Of a stretch of 7,422 bases of DNA, positions 1 to 5,823 are shown in pieces; position 1 is the first letter of the stretch, and each line of letters opens with the position of its first letter. The notes below the pieces were generated by a model, which saw only the letters and a program-made list of their open reading frames with translations, did not search any database and was not told the origin of the DNA. Source of the DNA: a bacterium. Lineage in GTDB: Bacteria; UBP7; UBA6624; JBBIMK01. Both the position numbers and the translations under genes were made by a program. The stretch is from the NCBI GenBank assembly GCA_037444445.1, contig JBBIMK010000028.1, forward strand, positions 1 to 7,422. The letters run 5' to 3'.

Positions 1-35
1 CGTTATACGCCATGCCTGTGGGAGATGATGAATAA

Positions 36-494
36 ATGAGAAGAAAAATCAAGGTATATCTGGATACATCCGTAATATCAGCGTTGTTTGACCAGAGGAA
101 CCCAGAAAGAAGATGGTTTACCCAGTCATTTTTTGATGAGATACGCAATTTTGAGTCTTATATTTCTGATATTGTTAATATAGAGATTGATAGAACCCCA
201 AACCTTGTATTGAGAGATAAAATGAAAGAAGTTGCCTCGCAATTGCCTACTATTCCGCTGACCGATGATGTGGAATGGTTAGCAAATGAATATGTCCGCT
301 ACGGTGCTATACCTAAAGGATATCCTGAGGATGCATCTCATATCGCTATCGCTACTCTCTACGAAGTAGATTGTCTTGTTAGCTGGAATTTCAAGCATAT
401 TGTCCGGAGAAAGACAAAGAATATCGTAAGAATGGTAAATACCATTCATGGGCTACGAGAGATCGAAATATTAACACCAGCAGAACTGATGTAG
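36..494 (+). CDS. PIN-domain (VapC-like) putative ribonuclease, copy 1
   Basis: The 152-aa ORF has a PIN-like layout: KVYLDTSV (Asp10), IEID (Glu50), PEDASHIAIA (Asp99) and LVSWNFKHI near the C-terminus. A gap-free hand alignment with the 861-1319 paralog gives about 84/152 identities. The first 19 residues are identical despite several synonymous nucleotide differences, which indicates purifying selection. GGGAG lies upstream of the ATG. Confidence 0.8.
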   Translation: MRRKIKVYLDTSVISALFDQRNPERRWFTQSFFDEIRNFESYISDIVNIEIDRTPNLVLRDKMKEVASQLPTIPLTDDVEWLANEYVRYGAIPKGYPEDASHIAIATLYEVDCLVSWNFKHIVRRKTKNIVRMVNTIHGLREIEILTPAELM

Positions 495-505
495 GGGGTG
501 TGAAC

Positions 506-730
506 ATGCGCAAGAAGCTCCTGAAAAAGGAAATAAGCAAAATTACGAAAGAAATCCAAAAAGAATTTCCTGAGGATTCAGCATTACAAGAAGTTCATAT
601 TGCAAGAAAAATCATTGCAAAAGAAGCGGAAATGGCAGGAATGAGCTATATTAAATACATCCAATCATGGAAAGAAAAGCTTGAAAGGAAAGCCCGGGAT
701 AAAAACAATATCAGCGACAATGGAACATGA
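506..730 (+). CDS. Small charged protein of unrecognised family, putative cognate partner (antitoxin?) of the PIN protein, copy 1
   Basis: The ORF starts at ATG 506 (alternative GTG 500), 7 nt after GGGGG (494-498), which overlaps the PIN stop TAG (492-494). It shares FPxDxALQEVHxAR, GMS and KYI motifs with the small ORF at 1332-1517. It is Lys/Glu-rich and looks helical. I recognise no DNA-binding fold. Confidence 0.65.
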   Translation: MRKKLLKKEISKITKEIQKEFPEDSALQEVHIARKIIAKEAEMAGMSYIKYIQSWKEKLERKARDKNNISDNGT

Positions 731-739
731 ACATAGCAC

Positions 740-835
740 GGCGTATAACACAGCATAAAAGGTTCCCCCGATGTCCTTCGGGGTCACCCAAATTCCGCCT
801 TCGCCGGAACTTCTTTTATCCGCGAAACGTTAGGC
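740..835 (+). repeat. attC-like structured element A (3' end of unit 1)
   Basis: GTATAAC (743-749) is followed by a 5-nt spacer and ATAAAAG (755-761), which is the exact complement of CTTTTAT (813-819). The element ends in GTTAGGC (829-835), matching GTTRRRY. Internal hairpins are CCCCGA/TCGGGG (766-771/778-783) and TTCCG/CGGAA (793-797/805-809). It is homologous along its length to element B. Confidence 0.45.
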
Positions 836-860
836 GACATGCCTATAAGGAAAGAATTGA

Positions 861-1319
861 ATGAGAAGAAAGATTAAAGTATATTTAGATACATCAGTTA
901 TATCAGCACTGTTTGATGAAAGAAACCCTCGAAGGCAGTTCTTAACCCAACTTTTCTTTGAAAGGATAGAGGGTTTTGATGCCTGTGTGTCTGAAGTGGT
1001 CCTGGCAGAAATTGATGATACCAAAAACAAACGTTTGAGAGAGATGTTGAGGGAAACGGCGATTTCTTTTAAACTTTTGCCAATAGAGGAGGAAAGTAGA
1101 CAATTAGCTGAAGAATATGTAAGGCATAATGCTATCCCCTCAGATTACCCTGAAGATGCGTTACATATTTCTATTGCCACAGTAAATGCAATGGATTATT
1201 TGCTTAGCTGGAATTTTGAGCACATCGTTAAAGTTAAGACACGGAGGATTGTAAACATGGTAAATGCCTCTTCAGGCTATCCAGATTTAGAAATTATAAC
1301 GCCTGCGGAACTAATATAG
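861..1319 (+). CDS. PIN-domain (VapC-like) putative ribonuclease, copy 2 (paralog of 36-494)
   Basis: The 152-aa ORF aligns with copy 1 without gaps. The same residues are conserved: Asp10, Glu50, Asp99 and SWNFEH. AAGGAAAG lies 8-14 nt upstream of the ATG. Confidence 0.8.
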   Translation: MRRKIKVYLDTSVISALFDERNPRRQFLTQLFFERIEGFDACVSEVVLAEIDDTKNKRLREMLRETAISFKLLPIEEESRQLAEEYVRHNAIPSDYPEDALHISIATVNAMDYLLSWNFEHIVKVKTRRIVNMVNASSGYPDLEIITPAELI

Positions 1320-1331
1320 GAGGTGATAGCC

Positions 1332-1517
1332 ATGAAAAAAAAAGATAAGCTTTGGGAAAAAGTGAAAAAGGATTTTCCAAATGACCCCGCACTTCAGGAA
1401 GTTCATTATGCGCGCTTAAAAATTCATGAGGAAACAAAAGGAATGAGCCCGGATGAATTTGTGAAATATATCAAAAAAAAGGCAAATAATGTTCTGAAAC
1501 GAAGGAGGGGAATCTAA
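1332..1517 (+). CDS. Small charged protein, putative PIN partner, copy 2
   Basis: ATG 1332 sits 9 nt after GGAGG (1318-1322), which overlaps the PIN stop TAG (1317-1319). The ORF track's alternative start is GTG 1323. It contains FPNDPALQEVHYAR, GMS, KYI and a basic tail KRRRGI. Confidence 0.65.
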   Translation: MKKKDKLWEKVKKDFPNDPALQEVHYARLKIHEETKGMSPDEFVKYIKKKANNVLKRRRGI

Positions 1518-1534
1518 AATGGAACCGTCACTTC

Positions 1535-1655
1535 ATATAACGCCGCATCTGCCTGCATCCGCAGGACAGGCAGGGAAAAGTCTCGCCCCGATAACCATCG
1601 GGCTCACCCAGATTTTTGCTTTGCAAAACCTTCTGTTATGCCGGGAACGTTGGGC
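1535..1655 (+). repeat. attC-like structured element B (3' end of unit 2)
   Basis: It begins ATATAAC (1535-1541) and ends GTTGGGC (1649-1655). Hairpins are CCCGAT/ATCGGG (1587-1592/1597-1602) and TTTTGC/GCAAAA (1614-1619/1623-1628). It aligns with element A, with an extra hairpin inserted at ~1549-1569 (CCTGC-ATCC-GCAGG core). Confidence 0.45.
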
Positions 1656-1678
1656 GAAATTGTCGGTGGGGTGTGTAT

Positions 1679-2047
1679 ATGACACCTGAACTGAAGAAAC
1701 CTCGTGTCTTTCGTCTTCTCTGTGAAGATGCCCTGAAAATCCAACACACGCCTTTCGGCAAGGTCGGAAGGGTTTTCAAGGGCAAGGGGCTTGAAGCAGT
1801 CTGGGTGTCCAAACAGGAGGAAGCCATAGACCCTGAATGGTTCTCCCAGCCCATGGTGGACCTCATCGTTGTTCTGCAGGGTCAACTTCGCGTGGAATTT
1901 GAGCCCCGAACTGGTGTCGGAGGTCCTCTGGTGTTAGACCCTGGAGACCTTCTGGTTCTTCCTCCCAACACCCGTTGCCGGGCGTATCGTTGGCCACGGG
2001 ATAGGAAAGAGGCAACGGTATTTTTAGCCGTTTATCCTGCGGAATAA
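1679..2047 (+). CDS. Cupin-fold-like small protein (122 aa from ATG 1679)
   Basis: ATG 1679 is preceded by GGTGGGG (1666-1672). The segment VVLQGQLRVEF...GDLLVLPPNTRCRAYRW resembles the two beta-strand motifs of small cupins, but the usual metal-binding His residues are not evident. The TTG 1616 extension in the ORF track would run through element B. Confidence 0.55.
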   Translation: MTPELKKPRVFRLLCEDALKIQHTPFGKVGRVFKGKGLEAVWVSKQEEAIDPEWFSQPMVDLIVVLQGQLRVEFEPRTGVGGPLVLDPGDLLVLPPNTRCRAYRWPRDRKEATVFLAVYPAE

Positions 2048-2074
2048 TCTTGTGCTGGTGCCGGAGTATGACCA

Positions 2075-2296
2075 ATGGCTACTGAGGAAGAACTGATAAA
2101 GCAGGGGTGGACGAAAAGGTTCACTGCCAGTGGAGAACGCTTGAAAGAAATGATTCAAATGTATCAGGAATTGGGATTTGAAGTTCATCTGGAGCCTGTG
2201 GAAGCAGAAGAATTTCCTGAGGAATGCCAGCCCTGCTATGCCCTCCAGGATTGTATGACCCTTTACACCCGTAAACCTCCGCTGGAAACAGAATAG
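2075..2296 (+). CDS. Hypothetical 73-aa acidic protein with C-terminal Cys residues (ECQPC...DC)
   Basis: GGAG (2063-2066) lies 8 nt upstream of the ATG. The ORF is co-oriented with the cupin-like ORF and 27 nt downstream of it. I recognise no family. Confidence 0.5.
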   Translation: MATEEELIKQGWTKRFTASGERLKEMIQMYQELGFEVHLEPVEAEEFPEECQPCYALQDCMTLYTRKPPLETE

Positions 2297-2350
2297 AAAG
2301 CGGGGAAGCAGTGGAACGGGGAAGGTGCCCTCCATTCCTGATAAAACTTC

Positions 2351-2379
2351 TTTACAAAAATCTCTAAATGTTGTGGAAT
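2351..2379 (+). promoter_or_regulatory. Candidate sigma70-type promoter for the ADH gene
   Basis: TTTACA (2351-2356) is followed by a 17-nt spacer and TGGAAT (2374-2379), just upstream of the GGAGGGG RBS (2388-2394). This is a motif match only. Confidence 0.25.
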
Positions 2380-2402
2380 GAAATGATGGAGGGGATTAGA
2401 CT

Positions 2403-3422
2403 ATGAGGGCGGTTGTATTTTATGGTTTTGAAAAAGGTGTGAAGGTGGAAGAATACCCACGCCCTGAAATTGGGGCTGGTGAAATTCTGGTGCGGGTGAA
2501 AGCCTGCGGGCTCTGCCAGACGGATCTGCACTATATAGACCATGGCACTCCAACCTTCAAGACTCCCCCTCTTATCCTGGGTCATGAAACTTCGGGAATT
2601 GTGGAAGAAGTGGCGGAGGATGTGAAAGGATTTCAGATAGGCGACCGGGTTCTCATCCCTCCGGTGGTCACCTGCGGAGCCTGCGAATACTGCAGAACGG
2701 GCAGGGAGAATATCTGCCTGAACCTGCGGATGTTCGGGAATCACATGGATGGGGCTTTCGCTGAGTTCGTCAAAGCCCCTGCGAAGGATGTGTTCCACCT
2801 GTTAGAATCTCTGCCCCTGGAGGAATCCAGCATCATCTCTGATGCGGTTTCCACGCCCTTTCACGCCCTTGTGAATCGAGCCCGGGTGAAGCCGGGGGAG
2901 TGGGTGGTGATCATCGGCTGTGGAGGCGTGGGAATGAATGCGGTGCAAATTGCAGTCCTTCTCGGCGCCCGGGTGATTGCCGTGGACATCGACCCTGGAA
3001 AACTTCAGCTGGCGAAGCAATTCGGAGCCCGGGAAGCCCTGAATCCGAAAGAAGTGGATGTGGCGAAGACGGTGCGTAAAATCACTGCCGGTGGTGCCGA
3101 TGTAGCAGCAGAAGTCATCGGGAATCCTGCCACGATTGAAACCGCTCTCGCCTGCTTGAAGACCGGTGGAAGAGCACTTCTCATCGGCTATGCAGTCAAA
3201 GATGCGGTTCTACCTGCAGGTCGTGTGATGTTCCGGGAACTTCAGATTCTCGGCTCACTCGGATGCAGGCCAGTGGATTATCCGAGAATTATTGCTCTCG
3301 TCGCGGAAGGAAAACTACAGGTCAAACCCCTCGTTACTCATCGCTTCCCTTTAGAGCGGTTTGAGGACGCCCTGAACACCCTCCGTTCGGGTGCCTGCCT
3401 TCGCACCCTCCTCATCCCCTGA
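2403..3422 (+). CDS. Zn-dependent medium-chain alcohol dehydrogenase/reductase (MDR family)
   Basis: The 339-aa ORF has catalytic Zn ligand motifs CGLCQTD and GHE. A structural Zn Cys cluster is present (CGACEYCRTGRENIC). The Rossmann nucleotide-binding motif is GCGGVG. A strong RBS, GGAGGGG, lies upstream. Confidence 0.9.
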   Translation: MRAVVFYGFEKGVKVEEYPRPEIGAGEILVRVKACGLCQTDLHYIDHGTPTFKTPPLILGHETSGIVEEVAEDVKGFQIGDRVLIPPVVTCGACEYCRTGRENICLNLRMFGNHMDGAFAEFVKAPAKDVFHLLESLPLEESSIISDAVSTPFHALVNRARVKPGEWVVIIGCGGVGMNAVQIAVLLGARVIAVDIDPGKLQLAKQFGAREALNPKEVDVAKTVRKITAGGADVAAEVIGNPATIETALACLKTGGRALLIGYAVKDAVLPAGRVMFRELQILGSLGCRPVDYPRIIALVAEGKLQVKPLVTHRFPLERFEDALNTLRSGACLRTLLIP

Positions 3423-3458
3423 GGGGTTGCTGGAGGGATAAACCTTCGCAAAAGGGCA

Positions 3459-3567
3459 ATATAACTTTCTCTACCCCAGCCCGCTTTTGGCGGTCTTCGT
3501 CAACGAAGTTGTCAGGATACGGTTAATCCCGACGGTTCCATCGGGACTCTGCCGGTTGAGCTACCCC
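3459..3567. other. Hairpin-rich intergenic element of unknown function
   Basis: Hairpins are CCGC/GCGG (~3481-3493), CTTCG-TCAA-CGAAG (3496-3509) and TCCCGA-N8-TCGGGA (3527-3546). It begins ATATAAC (3459-3465) and contains GTTGAGC (3555-3561). CTACCCC is a direct repeat at 3471-3477 and 3561-3567. Confidence 0.25.
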
Positions 3568-3627
3568 GGAAGCCACCACATCTCATTATACCACATAATC
3601 ATGCTGTTTGGCTTCTAACCACCCTCC

Positions 3628-4905
3628 TTAAGAGCGAAAGGCTTGCAGGAGGGCTTTTAGACGCAATCGCTGCCCATACATCAGCGTATTGACTCGCAGA
3701 ACTTTCCAGGATAGCCAGAGGGCGGTCCCGCTGAAGATGGATAGCAGAAGGAGGCTGAGGGAAATTTCCAGAACGCTCACCGTCCCCACTCCCATCCTCA
3801 ACACCATAGTCATCGGAGCGGAGTAAGGGAAGTAAGAGAGAAAGCGATTGAATGTGCTATCTGGATTCATCAGAGTGAACTGCATCGTCATAAACGGAAG
3901 CGTCGTGGGCATCATTATCCAGACCAGATATTGATTCGTTTCTCGCTCCGTTTCACCGAAGGTTGCAATGGCAAGCATCTGACAACCGAGGAAGAGGAAG
4001 CCGAGAAGGTAATACAAAGCCGCGGCAAGGAGGAAGAGAGGCTTGAAAATCACCCCCGGAAAGAAGGCGGCAAAAAGAAGGAAAACAGGAGAAGCCAGAA
4101 CCCCCCAGGCCACAATCAGAGTGAACCCTACACCGCCATATCCTAACAGTTTACCCATCATCAGTTGGAACGGAGTGACGCTGGAGAGCAGAATTTCTAA
4201 AAGTCGGCTCGTTTTCTCCTGGGTAAACCCGTGAAACATAAAACTGCTGGTCATCAGGAGATTCATGAAGAAAAACAGGGCGAGGAAGAAGGAAACGACG
4301 AAGGAAGACGCTTGTTTCGTTATTTCACTCACTTCCTCTTGGCTGTTGCCGGGTGACTCCTCCACAGGCCGGGTGCGCAGGTTCATAGGCTCTAAAAGGC
4401 GTTTTCGGATGGACTCTTCCACCCGTCCTCGGGTGAGCCCGGCAATCAATGCTTTCTGAACCAGGGCTTCGCCCTGGCATCCGTACTCCACTTCAAATTC
4501 CAGCCTTCGTTTTTGTCCCGGTATGGGGCTGGGGCGGGTGTAACAATCCACACTCCCGGATTCCACATAATCTTTGGGGATAATATACAGGGTACTCAGG
4601 TAGCGAGATTTCAGTGCCTGCCGGGCTTTTTCTTCATCGGAGAAGAACTCCATCTCGGTTCGGGCGGAAGGAGTTTTTTCTATCTCTCCCCGCAGAAGAA
4701 TACCGGAATGGTCCACGATACCGATGATTCTCGGGCTCGTAATCTCTTGAATCAGGCGAGTCCCACCCCCAGCCAGGAAGGCAATGCCGCCGAAAACAGC
4801 CATAGATAGCCCAATCAATACTGGTGTGAGCAGGGCAAAAAAGAAACTCCAGGTTCTCACCAGCGCCCAGAACTCCCGAGAAGCCACCACAAAAATCTTC
4901 TTCAT
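3628..4905 (-). CDS. ABC-2 family transporter permease (NatB-like topology)
   Basis: The 425-aa ORF has an N-terminal TM segment, a hydrophilic loop of roughly 150 aa, then a C-terminal half with multiple hydrophobic segments. It starts 4 nt after the stop of the upstream ABC ATPase, consistent with translational coupling. Confidence 0.85.
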   Translation of the reverse strand: MKKIFVVASREFWALVRTWSFFFALLTPVLIGLSMAVFGGIAFLAGGGTRLIQEITSPRIIGIVDHSGILLRGEIEKTPSARTEMEFFSDEEKARQALKSRYLSTLYIIPKDYVESGSVDCYTRPSPIPGQKRRLEFEVEYGCQGEALVQKALIAGLTRGRVEESIRKRLLEPMNLRTRPVEESPGNSQEEVSEITKQASSFVVSFFLALFFFMNLLMTSSFMFHGFTQEKTSRLLEILLSSVTPFQLMMGKLLGYGGVGFTLIVAWGVLASPVFLLFAAFFPGVIFKPLFLLAAALYYLLGFLFLGCQMLAIATFGETERETNQYLVWIMMPTTLPFMTMQFTLMNPDSTFNRFLSYFPYSAPMTMVLRMGVGTVSVLEISLSLLLLSIFSGTALWLSWKVLRVNTLMYGQRLRLKALLQAFRS

Positions 4906-4909
4906 CTTT

Positions 4910-5809
4910 TCACCCTTTTCCCTGTTGAACTACACGCACAAAAATCTCATCCAGCGGTAAGTAACTCTTCTCAAAACTCTGGAAGTCCGCGCCTTTTTCT
5001 ATCAGGAGTTTCAGGAATTCCATGGGGTTAACCTCGGGCTGGAGTTCCACCCGAATTGCGTTTCCTTCCCGCTTCAGGCTCTTCACCTGCTCATTTCCTT
5101 CTATCGGAAAGTCCGTGCGTATCAGGAGCGTATTTCCAGCAAATTGATGGATGATTTCCTGGAGGTTTCCGTAGAGCACTGCTTTTCCTCTGTTAATCAT
5201 CAGAATCCGGTCGCATAATTCTTCTACGAGGTTCATCTGATGAGTGGACAGGATTATGGTTTTTTTCTTCTCCTTCAATTCCCGCATCACTTCTGAGAAA
5301 AGGCGGACATTCACCGGGTCCAGTCCCATAAAAGGCTCATCCAGGATTAAAAATTCCGGGTCGGAGATCAGGCAGGTGATGAACTGTATCTTTTGTTGCA
5401 TACCCTTGGAAAGGGCATCCACCCTTTTCTTTTTCGCCTCTGAGATTTCCAGACGGTTCAAATAATACTCCATATTTCTCTGAATGGTGGAAGGGGCGAG
5501 ACCTTTTAATCGGGCAAAATAGAACAACTGGTCCTGAACCCTTTGTTTTCGGTACAATCCCCTCTCTTCCGGAAGATAAGAAATTTTGTTCTTGATGTCA
5601 GGTGACAACCTGCTGCCGTTGTAATGGATGCTACCTTCGTCGGGGCGGATCAAGTCCAGTAAGAGGCGAATAGTAGTGGTTTTCCCAGCCCCATTAGGAC
5701 CCAAAAGCCCAAAAATCTCCCCCCTGTAAACCTCAAAAGAAATATCGGTTAGCACCTGACTTCCATCAAAACTTTTGTTCAGACGCTCAACCGTCAGGAA
5801 TGCATCCAC
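4910..5809 (-). CDS. ABC transporter ATP-binding protein (ABC-2/NatA-like, with extra C-terminal domain)
   Basis: Walker A is GPNGAGKTT, the signature variant is LSKGMQQK, Walker B is FLILDEP and the H-loop is STHQM. About 80 aa follow the nucleotide-binding domain. The start is GTG (5809-5807) with no obvious SD. Confidence 0.9.
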   Translation of the reverse strand: MDAFLTVERLNKSFDGSQVLTDISFEVYRGEIFGLLGPNGAGKTTTIRLLLDLIRPDEGSIHYNGSRLSPDIKNKISYLPEERGLYRKQRVQDQLFYFARLKGLAPSTIQRNMEYYLNRLEISEAKKKRVDALSKGMQQKIQFITCLISDPEFLILDEPFMGLDPVNVRLFSEVMRELKEKKKTIILSTHQMNLVEELCDRILMINRGKAVLYGNLQEIIHQFAGNTLLIRTDFPIEGNEQVKSLKREGNAIRVELQPEVNPMEFLKLLIEKGADFQSFEKSYLPLDEIFVRVVQQGKG

Positions 5810-5823
5810 TTTTGTATGTAATA

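Larger units (their letters stand above)
1..1655 (+). mobile_element. Candidate partial integron-type cassette array (two cassettes, left edge cut by the window); no integrase seen
   Basis: There are two tandem units, G2..G829 and G829..G1649. Each holds two co-oriented ORFs followed by a structured element bounded by (G/A)TATAAC and GTTRGGC. The region is AT-rich relative to the rest of the window. GTTATACGCC (2-11) is the exact reverse complement of GGCGTATAAC (740-749). Confidence 0.4.

Noticed and set aside
830-1030. 66-aa minus-strand ORF
   Set aside because: It lies antisense to the conserved 5' end of PIN copy 2 and runs into attC-like element A. It has no equivalent ORF opposite PIN copy 1 and no RBS.
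740-1655. Repeated hairpin elements as a CRISPR array
   Set aside because: There are only two clear copies, of 96 and 121 nt, far longer than CRISPR repeats. They are only partly identical and are separated by ~0.7 kb of conserved protein-coding sequence rather than short spacers.
1616-1678. TTG-initiated N-terminal extension of the cupin-like ORF given in the ORF track
   Set aside because: The extension would be translated from inside structured element B (hairpin 2 and the GTTGGGC core). The internal ATG 1679 has a GGTGGGG RBS at proper spacing.
1604-2335. Minus-strand ORFs 1604-1885, 1636-1866, 1863-2075 and 2024-2335
   Set aside because: They overlap each other and lie antisense to the cupin-like and 73-aa ORFs, which have proper RBS spacing. 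Their translations have no motifs.
2364-3020. Minus-strand ORFs 2364-2798 and 2802-3020
   Set aside because: They lie antisense to the alcohol dehydrogenase, which has full Zn-binding and Rossmann motifs. They are shadow ORFs in GC-rich coding sequence.
3459-3561. Calling this a bona fide third attC site
   Set aside because: The terminal 7-mers fit the pattern, but the two ends are complementary only at AAC/GTT. No L''/L' pairing can be drawn. The hairpin order differs from elements A and B. It is reported as an open question, not annotated as attC.
3527-3580. Possible tRNA gene on the minus strand (GGGGTAGCTCAACCGGCAGAGT followed by a stem-loop)
   Set aside because: The would-be anticodon loop has 8 nt (or 6 with a G:T pair). 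There is no 7-nt T-loop or GTTCRA-type T-arm. No 3' acceptor strand complements the 5' end, because the matching sequence is a direct rather than inverted repeat. At most it is a tRNA-like fragment, and it is kept only as part of the 3423-3627 finding.
3931-4809. Four + strand ORFs (3931-4146, 4043-4234, 4265-4459, 4513-4809)
   Set aside because: All lie antisense within the well-supported ABC-2 permease gene. Their translations are low-complexity (Lys/Arg/Glu/Gly-rich) with no recognisable motifs or RBS. They are typical shadow ORFs.
5244-5465. 73-aa + strand ORF
   Set aside because: It lies antisense inside the ABC ATPase gene. It is Ser/Phe/Arg-rich with no motifs.
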